The notes beneath the pieces are model-generated. The model saw only the letters and a program-made list of their open reading frames with translations. It was not told the DNA's origin and made no database searches. Below are positions 24,195 through 32,521 of a stretch of 59,305 nucleotides of DNA, in pieces; positions within the stretch are counted from its first letter, which is position 1, and each line of letters begins with the position of its first letter. Made by a program: the position numbers and the translations under genes. Source of the DNA: an uncultured Gammaproteobacteria bacterium (GTDB lineage Bacteria > Patescibacteriota > Microgenomatia > Levybacterales > UBA12049); NCBI GenBank assembly GCA_964565795.1, contig CAZMGC010000001.1, forward strand, positions 8,855 through 68,159. The letters run 5' to 3'.

Positions 24195-24590
24195 TTAGGT
24201 ATTTTCAGGTTGTGGAGGAGTTAGAATTCTTCTCGCTTCGTCTAAAGCAGTTTGAGTAGATGTTCCAGGATTTTGAAAACCAGCTGGATAAACCACCTCA
24301 AAAGATGGATCGATCATGTCTTTACCGCTATAAAAAGTTCTAATAATGAATCTTCTACCATCTTGCGAAGTTCCCGGGAAGGTGACTCTAGTGAGATCTG
24401 GCCCTTTTGTTCCGTCAAACACAAATCCATCTCTTCCAACATACATTTGATCTCTTTTATCCGGTTCTATTCCAGAGCGATTAGCAACTAAATCATTAAT
24501 TTCTGCCACAGCAGATCTCCTCGAAGCACCGTCGAGTCTTGGTTCTTGAGGCGCTAATCCTCTTTTTTCTGCAATAGTTGGGCCTGGCAT
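24195..24590 (-). CDS. Hypothetical protein (131 aa from the ATG), atypical composition; first gene of the cluster
   Basis: The track start 24599 is a TTG. The ATG at 24590 sits 8 nt downstream of a TATATT box, so MPGPTIAEKRG... is the preferred N-terminus. Tail TPPQPENT. Confidence 0.6.
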   Translation of the reverse strand: MPGPTIAEKRGLAPQEPRLDGASRRSAVAEINDLVANRSGIEPDKRDQMYVGRDGFVFDGTKGPDLTRVTFPGTSQDGRRFIIRTFYSGKDMIDPSFEVVYPAGFQNPGTSTQTALDEARRILTPPQPENT

Positions 24591-24598
24591 AAGTGCCA

Positions 24599-24627
24599 AA
24601 TATACTCTTTGAAACTTTTTGTGTCAA
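24599..24627 (-). promoter_or_regulatory. Putative promoter TTGACA-17-TATATT, 8 nt before the ATG at 24590
   Basis: rc of 24622-24627 is TTGACA and rc of 24599-24604 is TATATT. Confidence 0.6.
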
Positions 24628-24637
24628 CTACTATAAT
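24609..24637 (+). promoter_or_regulatory. Putative zwf promoter TTGAAA-17-TATAAT, 8 nt before the ATG (leaderless); interleaved with the divergent promoter
   Basis: TTGAAA at 24609-24614, TATAAT at 24632-24637, ATG at 24646. Confidence 0.6.
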
Positions 24638-24645
24638 CTTTAGAT

Positions 24646-26085
24646 ATGGATTCGCCAGAAGTATTTTCACAAATGCAAAGCCCCTTTGCGATGATTATAT
24701 TTGGTGCCACAGGAGATCTTTCGCATCACAAATTAATTCCCGGACTTCTTTCACTTTTTAATAAAAAAATGCTTCCAGAGGAATTTTTTATAATTGGTTA
24801 TTCTAGGCGCGCTTATTCAGATGTCGATTTTAGAAATTCTTTTGCCTCTCTAGGAAAACAAGAAGGGTGGGATGAATTTTCTAAACATCTTTATTACCAA
24901 AAAGGAACTTTTGAAAAAAAAGAAGGATATGAAAATTTAATTGAACGCCTTAATGAATTAGATAAAAAAATAGGCGCGTGCATTACTCGGTTTTTTTATC
25001 TAGCAACACCACCAGAGCACTACTCTGATATTTTGGACAAATTGGTTAGCACTAAGCTTTCTGAAGGATGTGGACAGGGTAGTAACAAGTGGACCCGGGT
25101 GGTTATAGAAAAACCTTTTGGCAAAGATGCCGAAACAGCGAAAATGCTTGAAGATAAACTCTCAAGTATTTTTGACGAAAAACAAATTTTTAGAGTAGAT
25201 CATTATTTAGGAAAAGAAACAGTCCAAAATTTACTTGCGTTCAGGTTTGCCAACAGTATCTTCGAGCCTATGTGGAGTTCTAAGTTTATAGAGCATGTTC
25301 AAATTACCTGGGCAGAAAAAGAAGGAATTGAAAATCGAGGAAATTTTTTTGATGGAGTAGGAATGCTTAGAGATGTGGTTCAAAATCACATGATGCAACT
25401 TATTTCTGCAGTAGCGATGGAGCAGCCCAGTAGTTTTACAAAAGAAAATGTGAGAAATGAAAGAGCCAAAGTTGCTGCTTCAGTAAAGCTTGCAGACAAA
25501 AACGTAGTGAGAGGTCAATATGATGACTATCAAAATGAAGAAGAGGTAGAGAAGGGATCTGATACAGAAACTTATGTTGCCATGAAATTATTTGTTAACA
25601 CTCCGCGTTTTTCTGGTGTACCATTTTATATTAGAGCAGGAAAACGAATGGAAAAAGAAGTCATAACTATTTCAGTGGTTTTTTATCAAACATGTCACAT
25701 TTTATTTAAAGAATATGGTTGTCCAGAAATTGGAAATGTTTTGACTTTTAGAATTCAACCTGACGAGGGAATTACTCTTCGTTTGATAGCCAAACAGCCA
25801 GGTGCGAAATTAAAATTGGGAAGTGTAAATATGAAATTTAATTATAAAGATGACTTTGGAACATTGGGACTTGATGCATATGAAAAAATTTTACTCGATA
25901 TTTTCAGTGGGGATCAAATTTTGTTCTCTCGATCGGACGAAATTCAAAATTCATGGAAGTTACTAGACAATATTTTAAAAACATGGGAGAATGAGGAAAA
26001 TATTTCCAAGTATATTTCTGGGTCCTGGGGTCCAGAAGAAGGAAATGCTTTAATTGAGCGGGACGGAAAAAAATGGATAAAATAA
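24646..26085 (+). CDS. zwf: Glucose-6-phosphate 1-dehydrogenase
   Basis: IFGATGDLSHHKL.P.L, the active-site peptide RVDHYLGKE, and NH..Q. Confidence 0.95.
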   Translation: MDSPEVFSQMQSPFAMIIFGATGDLSHHKLIPGLLSLFNKKMLPEEFFIIGYSRRAYSDVDFRNSFASLGKQEGWDEFSKHLYYQKGTFEKKEGYENLIERLNELDKKIGACITRFFYLATPPEHYSDILDKLVSTKLSEGCGQGSNKWTRVVIEKPFGKDAETAKMLEDKLSSIFDEKQIFRVDHYLGKETVQNLLAFRFANSIFEPMWSSKFIEHVQITWAEKEGIENRGNFFDGVGMLRDVVQNHMMQLISAVAMEQPSSFTKENVRNERAKVAASVKLADKNVVRGQYDDYQNEEEVEKGSDTETYVAMKLFVNTPRFSGVPFYIRAGKRMEKEVITISVVFYQTCHILFKEYGCPEIGNVLTFRIQPDEGITLRLIAKQPGAKLKLGSVNMKFNYKDDFGTLGLDAYEKILLDIFSGDQILFSRSDEIQNSWKLLDNILKTWENEENISKYISGSWGPEEGNALIERDGKKWIK

Positions 26086-26102
26086 ATTTTGACGAATTTA
26101 AC

Positions 26103-26169
26103 CCGCCGTATCTTGCCGTTCGCCTTTTCAGTTCTTTTCGAACACGGCTCACGGAGCGAATATTGGCGG
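26103..26169 (+). other. Nested-helix structured spacer between zwf and the tRNA-binding-domain gene (terminator or leader of unknown role)
   Basis: CCGCC (26103-26107) pairs with GGCGG (26165-26169). TTCGC (26119-26123) pairs with GCGAA (26156-26160). GTTC (26131-26134) pairs with GAAC (26140-26143). G+C is unusually high for an intergenic region here. Confidence 0.25.
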
Positions 26170-26182
26170 ATTTCAGATTATT

Positions 26183-26530
26183 ATGATTAGTTTTGAGGAC
26201 TTCAAAAAAATAGAAATAAGAATGGGAAAGATTACGGCTTGTGAGAAAGTAGAGGGCGCTGATAAACTTTTACGTTTGCAGGTTGACTTCGGCCCTGCAG
26301 AGCAGGGTTCTGAAGAAAGAATGACAAGGCAAATTATTAGTGGAATTGCCGAGAGCTATTCCCCAGAAGAATTGGTCGGGAAGACATTACCCTTCGTCGT
26401 AAATCTAGAATATAGAAAATTTAAGGGAGAAGAATCACAGGGAATGCTGGTCGCAACTGGAACTGGAAGTGAAAATGTAGTTTTACTTGAACCAAATAAG
26501 GAAATTGAAGCAGGCGCCGAAGTAGTTTAG
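26183..26530 (+). CDS. tRNA-binding domain protein (CsaA/Trbp111/EMAP-II-like)
   Basis: F.K.EIRMGKI...EKVEGADKLLRLQVDFG....RQIISGIAE.Y.PEELVGK..PFVVNL..RK..G..SQGML.A. Confidence 0.8.
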   Translation: MISFEDFKKIEIRMGKITACEKVEGADKLLRLQVDFGPAEQGSEERMTRQIISGIAESYSPEELVGKTLPFVVNLEYRKFKGEESQGMLVATGTGSENVVLLEPNKEIEAGAEVV

Positions 26531-27288
26531 GCCTCAAATTCAGAAAGATCATTTGCACCATAAGTTTCAGAAAATATTGTCTTTGCTTTTTCTACTGCTT
26601 CATTTCGACTTTCTAAAGTTGTATAGATATGTGCGCCAAAATGAGTCAGTATGAGTTTTTTAACATTTTCTTCTTTTGCTAATGTGGCAGCCTGAATGGC
26701 ATCGAAATGTCCCCACTCAGTTTCTGTATTATCTTTTGCAGCACATTCGCAAATAAAAATATCTGAATTATTTGCTAACTTTCTTGCTTGATCTGTAAAT
26801 CCACAGTCACCAGTGTATGAGATAATTTTTCCTTCTAATTCAAATCTATATCCGTGGTCTCTATATGCGTGGTGTTGTTCAATGGCTTGTGCTTTGAATG
26901 GAATACTTTCACCTTCTTCAGAAAGTTCATGGAGTCTAATTTCGGTTTTTAAATTATAAATATTATCAGGTCTTGGTTTGTATCCTACAGTAAAAGGAGG
27001 ATTTACTAAAGTCTCAAAATCTTTTGTTCTCCCAGTTCCAGCATAGACATCAATTCCTTGTTTGAAGTCAAATTTATTTAAAATATGGAGGCCTGATGTG
27101 TGGTCTAAATGAAAATGAGTTATGAACATAGAGATAGGCTTATCTTCTTTAATAAATTGATCAAGTTTATAAATTCCATTACCAGCATCAAGAACTAAAT
27201 AATGGTCTTTGGTGTCAATTAAAATTGATGGAGTGTCGCCAGTGGGTGAAGAGTACCAGCCATTAGTCCCTAAGAATGTAATTTTCAT
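26527..27288 (-). CDS. MBL-fold metallo-hydrolase (RNase Z/BN-like)
   Basis: MKITFLGT.G, the HxHxDH motif THFHLDHTSGL, and a C-terminal LTHF. Confidence 0.8.
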   Translation of the reverse strand: MKITFLGTNGWYSSPTGDTPSILIDTKDHYLVLDAGNGIYKLDQFIKEDKPISMFITHFHLDHTSGLHILNKFDFKQGIDVYAGTGRTKDFETLVNPPFTVGYKPRPDNIYNLKTEIRLHELSEEGESIPFKAQAIEQHHAYRDHGYRFELEGKIISYTGDCGFTDQARKLANNSDIFICECAAKDNTETEWGHFDAIQAATLAKEENVKKLILTHFGAHIYTTLESRNEAVEKAKTIFSETYGANDLSEFEA

Positions 27289-27345
27289 AAAATTATTTTA
27301 ACACCTGTCTTTTAAATTCACAATAAAATTGATAGACTTTATTTG

Positions 27346-28254
27346 ATGAAAATTGGAATTATTGGGCTGGGGAAAATGGGATCGCGTATGGCGCAGAAAT
27401 TAGCAGATGCAGAACACGAAGTTTCTGTTTGGAACCGCTCTTCTGGGGATGTAGCAGAGCTGAAAAAACTGGTAAAAGTTGAAGGTTTTGAATCGATTGA
27501 GGATTTAATTAAAAGTCTTCCGTCTCCCAGGATTATTTGGATCATGGTGCCGCATATTGCCGTTGAAGAAGTTTTAACAGAAATTAAGAAATTTATAGAA
27601 TCGGGAGATATTGTGATTGACGGTGGAAATTCTAATTATAAAGATACGGATAGGAGATTTGAGGAATTTGAGAAAGCTGGAATTAAATTTCTAGGGATTG
27701 GAGTAAGTGGAGGATTAATTGCATTTGAAAAGGGTTATCCTTTAATGGCTGGTGGGAATAGGGAAGCTTATGACTTAATTAAGCCTATCCTAGATACTCT
27801 TTCAAATCCAGATGGTGGATATGGGTATTTCGGAACTGGAGGTGCGGGTCATTTTGTAAAAATGGTTCACAATGGAGTTGAATATGCGCAAATGCAGGCG
27901 ATTGGAGAAGGATTTGAGATTTTGGAGAAATCTAAGTACGATCTTAATCTTTCTAAAGTGGCTAAGGTCTGGCAGAGAGGAAGTATAGTGTCTGGATTTC
28001 TAATTGATCGAACAGCGGAAATATTTAAAGAAGACGTAGTATTGGCAGAATTTAATGGGCCAATTTCCAGGAGTGGAGAGGGAGATTGGACACTCCTGGC
28101 AGCCGAAGAGGAAGGTGTAAAGCCTGAAATAATTCATGAAGCTGTTGAGTTTAGAAAAAAATCTGAAACAGATATCAATATTCAAGATTCGATGACTGCT
28201 AAAGTTATTAATGCTCTTCGGCATGCATTTGGAGGACATCAGATAAAGAAATAA
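27346..28254 (+). CDS. gnd: 6-phosphogluconate dehydrogenase, short (~300 aa) decarboxylating type
   Basis: MKIGIIGLGKMGSRMAQKL Rossmann motif, IDGGNS.Y.D, and GGAGHFVKMVHNG.EY..MQ.I.E. The track start 27343 is a TTG one codon before the ATG. Confidence 0.85.
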   Translation: MKIGIIGLGKMGSRMAQKLADAEHEVSVWNRSSGDVAELKKLVKVEGFESIEDLIKSLPSPRIIWIMVPHIAVEEVLTEIKKFIESGDIVIDGGNSNYKDTDRRFEEFEKAGIKFLGIGVSGGLIAFEKGYPLMAGGNREAYDLIKPILDTLSNPDGGYGYFGTGGAGHFVKMVHNGVEYAQMQAIGEGFEILEKSKYDLNLSKVAKVWQRGSIVSGFLIDRTAEIFKEDVVLAEFNGPISRSGEGDWTLLAAEEEGVKPEIIHEAVEFRKKSETDINIQDSMTAKVINALRHAFGGHQIKK

Positions 28255-28273
28255 TTGTGCTATACTCGAATCT

Positions 28274-29545
28274 GTGAAGTACTCTACATTTTTCCCAAAA
28301 GCGAGAAAGTCAGAATTTAAAGATGATCTTTCCGTTAATGCCAAATATTTGGTAAAAGCTGGCTATATCGATCAGCTTATGGCAGGTTCATACACATTAT
28401 TGCCACTTGGTTTTAGGGTTGTTGAGAAAATTAAAAATATTATCCGCGAAGAATTAGATAAAACCGGCGCGCAGGAATTATCAATGCCTCTTCTTCATCC
28501 TAGAGATGTTTGGGATAAAACAGGGAGATGGTCTGACCCTGGCGTGCAAACTATTATGTATCAGTTTAAAGATATCCATGAGAGAGAATTTGGTCTTTCA
28601 TTTACACACGAAGAAATAGTAATGGATTTACTTGGGAAAATGGTGCAATCGTACAAAGATCTTCCAGTAAAGGTCTATCAATTTTCTACCAAATTTAGAA
28701 ATGAACCTCGTGCAAAATCTGGAATTTTAAGAGGAAGAGAGTTTTTAATGAAAGATCTTTATTCGGCTCACGTAAGCGAAGAAGATATGTATGTTTATTA
28801 TAACGCTGTAAAAGAAGCATATCCAAAAATTTTCAAACGTCTTGGTCTAGATTCCATAACAGTTGAAGCCTCTGGGGGAGTATTTACTGAAAAAAATAGT
28901 CACGAATTCCAAGTAATAAGCGACGTTGGGGAAGACACTATCTATTTTTGCGATTGTTCTGGAAAAGACTGTCACTGTAAATTTGCGCAGAATAAAGAAT
29001 TGTTTAAAGGCAACGATGGAGATAAATGCCCAGAGTGTGATGATTGCACAGTAAAATCAGCCAAGTCCATAGAGGTAGGAAATATTTTCCCACTTGGAAC
29101 TAAATATTCTCAAAACATGAAAGTTTTATTTACAGATGAAGAGGGAGCGCAGCAAAATATTTGGTTTGCGTCATATGGAATTGGGCCAACTAGAGTCATG
29201 GGAACTCTTGTAGAAATATTTCATGATGACAGAGGGATTATCTGGCCAAAAAGTGTTGCACCATACCATGTTTATTTAGTAAGTCTTGGAAGAAATGAAG
29301 AGGCTGAGGAAATAGAAAAAAAGCTAGAAGAAAAAGGAATAGAGGTTTTATATGACGATAGAGATGTCTCAGCTGGAGAAAAATTCGCAAACGCGGATTT
29401 ACTCGGTCTTCCATATCGCTTGGTTATTTCTCAAAAAACAGGAGATAGGATCGAATTTAAGGAAAGAAATAGTCAGGACATAGAACTTTTAACTTTAGAA
29501 GAAATTATTTCTAAAATTGGGGAAGAAAAGGAATTTGTAGTTTAA
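28274..29545 (+). CDS. proS: Prolyl-tRNA synthetase, short form without an editing insertion (GTG start)
   Basis: YLVKAGYIDQL.AGSYT.LPLG.RV..KI, class II motif 2 FRNE.R...G..R.REF, motif 3 near SYGIG..R, and a Cys cluster CDCSGKDCHC...CPECDDC at the insertion point. Confidence 0.85.
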   Translation: MKYSTFFPKARKSEFKDDLSVNAKYLVKAGYIDQLMAGSYTLLPLGFRVVEKIKNIIREELDKTGAQELSMPLLHPRDVWDKTGRWSDPGVQTIMYQFKDIHEREFGLSFTHEEIVMDLLGKMVQSYKDLPVKVYQFSTKFRNEPRAKSGILRGREFLMKDLYSAHVSEEDMYVYYNAVKEAYPKIFKRLGLDSITVEASGGVFTEKNSHEFQVISDVGEDTIYFCDCSGKDCHCKFAQNKELFKGNDGDKCPECDDCTVKSAKSIEVGNIFPLGTKYSQNMKVLFTDEEGAQQNIWFASYGIGPTRVMGTLVEIFHDDRGIIWPKSVAPYHVYLVSLGRNEEAEEIEKKLEEKGIEVLYDDRDVSAGEKFANADLLGLPYRLVISQKTGDRIEFKERNSQDIELLTLEEIISKIGEEKEFVV

Positions 29546-29927
29546 ATACGTAAATCCATACAAAAGTGTAGGCTACCAATAAGACTATTACTCCAAGACC
29601 TAAAACCAAAGACATCATTTTTGATCCTCCATGCTTTACGGTAGCGCCTTGATTTTTACCAGGATTATTTGCGTTAAAGGCTATAGTTCCGCCGCCGATT
29701 GGAGAAGGAGCTGCTGGAGCTGCGGGTGCAGCTTGTGGCATAACTGGAGCAGCAGGTTGAACAGGAGCTGGAGCTATAGGTTGTGCGCCGATTGCAGGAT
29801 TAAAGGGTGGAGGAGCTACAGGCGGAGGAGGTGGAACAGCTCCACCAGGAGGTGTAGCGGGTCCATTCATAACTCTATCGTATGCTTCTTGAAGTTTTGG
29901 GTCAGTAGCGGACAGCTTTGGATCCAT
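29511..29927 (-). CDS. Pro/Ala-rich tail-anchored membrane protein, atypical composition
   Basis: 138 aa with ~70 residues of P/A-rich low complexity, then one C-terminal TM helix (MMSLVLGLGVIVLLVAYTFVWIYVF). The 3' end overlaps the proS 3' end by 35 nt. Confidence 0.5.
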   Translation of the reverse strand: MDPKLSATDPKLQEAYDRVMNGPATPPGGAVPPPPPVAPPPFNPAIGAQPIAPAPVQPAAPVMPQAAPAAPAAPSPIGGGTIAFNANNPGKNQGATVKHGGSKMMSLVLGLGVIVLLVAYTFVWIYVFKLQIPFLPQF

Positions 29928-29934
29928 ACTATTT

Positions 29935-29962
29935 AGTTTAACGCATCGGTGGTTTTTGTCAA
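29935..29962 (-). promoter_or_regulatory. Putative promoter TTGACA-16-TAAACT, 7 nt before the ATG at 29927
   Basis: rc of 29957-29962 is TTGACA and rc of 29935-29940 is TAAACT. Confidence 0.55.
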
Positions 29963-29990
29963 CCCCGATCTAATCAGGATAAAGTATAAC

Positions 29991-30902
29991 TTACTGTGCT
30001 TTTGTAATAAGAATTTCTAAAAATTCATTGAAATTTATACCTGCAGCTTTTGCCTCTTTGGGTAAAAGGCTTTCTGAAGTTAGTCCTGGGATTGTATTTA
30101 CGTCCAAAACATAAGGAACATTTTCAAATACCATAAAATCAGTTCGTGAATAAGTTCCTAAATCAAAATGATTGTGAATTTTAAGTGTTATGTCTTGTAT
30201 CTTTTTTTGCATTTCATCATTTAATGATGGAGCAAAGGGAATTTCCTGAGTTTTTCCAGTATATTTATTTTCATAATCAAAGAACTCTCCATCCGGTGGG
30301 ATAATTTCAATAATCGGCAGAGGTTTATCGTTTAATATACCAACGGTCACTTCAATTCCTTGAAAACATTTTTCAACGAAAATGTCCGTATCCATATCTA
30401 GTATTCGTTTTACTTCGGTGCTAGCTAGATCATCCTTACTTTTAATTATTGCAACTTCACGAGACGAGCCACCATTTGATGATTTTAAAACACAAGGAAG
30501 CCCAAATTTTTCTATGTCATTTTTAGTTTTAATAATTTTCCAAGGCGAAGTTGGAATATTATTTTTATTGCAATAGATCTTGAAGGGAATTTTAAACCAA
30601 GCATTTTGTAAACCTCTATAATTTCTAGTTCCAACTATTGGTTTGTTTATATTGCTTAAAAACTTATGGAGTTTTCCGCCTTCTCCTTCTTCGCCGTGGA
30701 GAACTGGAAAAAGGATATCGTACTTATTGCTAGACTTAGTGATAGGTTCGTATCCATCTCTAAGATCATAAAGCTTAACGACGTGGCCATTTTCTTCTAA
30801 TGCAGCTGAAACATTTTTTGCAGAATTTAAAGAAACTTCTCGTTCCGAGGAATCACCGCCTGTGATTATTAGAACTTTCATGATGGAAAATAAAGATAAC
30901 AT
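29991..30902 (-). CDS. ddl: D-alanine--D-alanine ligase
   Basis: ITGGDSSEREVSL.S......AL, HG..GE.G, ATP-grasp features and the C-terminal LDVNTIPGLT..S. Homologues usually begin at MKVLIITGG, so the ATG at 30881 is an alternative start. Confidence 0.9.
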   Translation of the reverse strand: MLSLFSIMKVLIITGGDSSEREVSLNSAKNVSAALEENGHVVKLYDLRDGYEPITKSSNKYDILFPVLHGEEGEGGKLHKFLSNINKPIVGTRNYRGLQNAWFKIPFKIYCNKNNIPTSPWKIIKTKNDIEKFGLPCVLKSSNGGSSREVAIIKSKDDLASTEVKRILDMDTDIFVEKCFQGIEVTVGILNDKPLPIIEIIPPDGEFFDYENKYTGKTQEIPFAPSLNDEMQKKIQDITLKIHNHFDLGTYSRTDFMVFENVPYVLDVNTIPGLTSESLLPKEAKAAGINFNEFLEILITKAQ

Positions 30903-30906
30903 AAAA

Positions 30907-30935
30907 TTGTTAGTAAATCAAAAATGGGGTATACT
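30907..30935 (+). promoter_or_regulatory. Putative promoter TTGTTA-17-TATACT, 6 nt before the ATG at 30942
   Basis: TTGTTA at 30907-30912 and TATACT at 30930-30935. The -10 box lies inside the track ORF start (30924), which argues for the downstream ATG. Confidence 0.5.
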
Positions 30936-30941
30936 TGCGAT

Positions 30942-31835
30942 ATGAAAATAATCGTAACTCACTCAGCACCAGATCTTGATGCTGTAACTTCAGTTTGGCT
31001 TATAAAAAGATTTTTACAAGGCTGGAAAGACGCAGAAATAAAGTTTGTACCCGCCGGTTCCCGTTTGGATAAATCTCGCGCAGATAAAATTTCAGATCCG
31101 ATTGAAAAAATTAACGACGCTGAAGTCATACACGTGGATACGGGGATGGGCCCACTTGATCATCATCAAATTTTTTCAGATAAAGTTTGCGGTGCAACTC
31201 TTACTTGGGATTTCGTTCGCGAAAATGGGCAAATGTTTGAGAATGAAGCTACTTCGGATAAGGTTCAGACTCGTGAACAGGCGATTGCCCGAATGATGAA
31301 CGTAGTGGTAGAAGACGATCATTTTAAGCAAGTTTTTTATCCCGAACCAAATGCAGATCATTATGAATTTATGCTTTCAGATATGCTAGACGGATTAAAA
31401 CTTCAGAAGCCAGGGCAGGATCAGGCATGTTTGGATTTTAGTTTCTTAGCGCTGGATGCCATAATGCACAATTTTGAAAATAAAATTTGGGCTGAAAAAG
31501 AAATTGAAGTGAATGGTAAAAAATTTGAATCTAAATGGGGAAGAGCGATAGCATTTGAGACCATAAATGATGATGTAATAAAAATTAGTCAGAAAATGGG
31601 GTACGCAATAGCCGTAAGAAAAGATCCCAGAAAAGGTTATGTAAGAATTAAGGCAACCCCTGCTGTAAATGTAGATCTTACTCCAGTTTATGAACAACTG
31701 CGAAAAATGGATCCTGATGCCACATGGTTTCTTCATGTAGGAAAGAGAATGCTTTTAAATGGAACACCAAAAAATCCCAAAATGATTCCAACTAAATTAA
31801 AACTTGACCAAATAATAAATGTATTAAAAGTATGA
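30942..31835 (+). CDS. DHH-family-like phosphoesterase (tentative)
   Basis: MKIIVTHSAPDLDAV (DxD motif) and DTGMGPLDHHQ (DHH motif). The remainder is not recognisable by eye. Confidence 0.45.
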   Translation: MKIIVTHSAPDLDAVTSVWLIKRFLQGWKDAEIKFVPAGSRLDKSRADKISDPIEKINDAEVIHVDTGMGPLDHHQIFSDKVCGATLTWDFVRENGQMFENEATSDKVQTREQAIARMMNVVVEDDHFKQVFYPEPNADHYEFMLSDMLDGLKLQKPGQDQACLDFSFLALDAIMHNFENKIWAEKEIEVNGKKFESKWGRAIAFETINDDVIKISQKMGYAIAVRKDPRKGYVRIKATPAVNVDLTPVYEQLRKMDPDATWFLHVGKRMLLNGTPKNPKMIPTKLKLDQIINVLKV

Positions 31836-32236
31836 AAGACTGTATTTTTTGTAAAGTAATTGCCAAAGAGGTTCCAGGGTATTTTATCTTAGAAGAAAAA
31901 GAATATGTCGCTTTTTTAGATATTTTTGGTTCAACGGATGGGCATACTATGGTGGTTCCACGAAAGCATGGATTAAGTATCTTAGATTATTCCAAAGAAG
32001 AATTAGGGGAATTTATGGAAGGTGTTCAAGCTGTTGCTAAAAAATTGGAAAAGAATCTAAATGTTGATTCAATTACAATCGGAATAAACCACAAAGAAGA
32101 AAAAGGTGTACCACATCTTCATATACATTTGATTCCAAGGTTTAAATCGGATGGCGGAAAAGTGATCCAATCACTAGTTTCCAAAGATCTTGATCAAGAT
32201 TTAGCTAAAACAGCAGAGAAAATCCGCGCGAATTAA
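31832..32236 (+). CDS. HIT-family (histidine triad) nucleotide hydrolase
   Basis: CIFCKVI..E.P, GHTMVVPRKH, and the histidine triad VPHLHIHLIPR. Confidence 0.9.
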   Translation: MKDCIFCKVIAKEVPGYFILEEKEYVAFLDIFGSTDGHTMVVPRKHGLSILDYSKEELGEFMEGVQAVAKKLEKNLNVDSITIGINHKEEKGVPHLHIHLIPRFKSDGGKVIQSLVSKDLDQDLAKTAEKIRAN

Positions 32237-32237
32237 C

Positions 32238-32266
32238 TTGTTAATTGGCTTCATTTGGGGTACAAT
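32238..32266 (+). promoter_or_regulatory. Putative rpsU promoter TTGTTA-17-TACAAT (leader ~67 nt with SD-like GGGGGTG at 32321-32327)
   Basis: TTGTTA at 32238-32243 and TACAAT at 32261-32266. It begins 2 nt after the stop of the HIT gene. Confidence 0.5.
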
Positions 32267-32339
32267 TTAACACACATTCGTTAAACCGTAGCCACGTATC
32301 ATCGTAGCTATGAATTAAAAGGGGGTGTTTATTTAATTT

Positions 32340-32519
32340 ATGGTAGTAGTAAAAAAGTCACCAGGAGATTCTGATGATTCATTAATTAGAAAATTTTCAA
32401 GAAAAGTCATGTCTGAGGGTATCGTTCAGGAAGCTAAAAGAAGAGAATTTTATTTAAAACCTTCTCTTGCACGTAAACAAAAACTTGAAGATGCCAGAAG
32501 GGTAAAGAAGGTCTGGTAA
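32340..32519 (+). CDS. rpsU: 30S ribosomal protein S21 (59 aa, below the ORF-track length cutoff)
   Basis: Own translation: MVVVKKSPGDSDDSLIRKFSRKVMSEGIVQEAKRREFYLKPSLARKQKLEDARRVKKVW. Matches the S21 pattern (..V.V....D.AL.RF.R.....G...E...R..Y.KPS..RK.K). An SD-like element lies upstream. Confidence 0.8.
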   Translation: MVVVKKSPGDSDDSLIRKFSRKVMSEGIVQEAKRREFYLKPSLARKQKLEDARRVKKVW

Positions 32520-32521
32520 AA

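Noticed and set aside
25904-26152. 82-aa minus-strand ORF spanning the zwf 3' end and the downstream spacer
   Set aside because: It largely overlaps zwf, has no promoter or start context, and has a basic low-complexity product. The spacer is better explained as a structured RNA or terminator.
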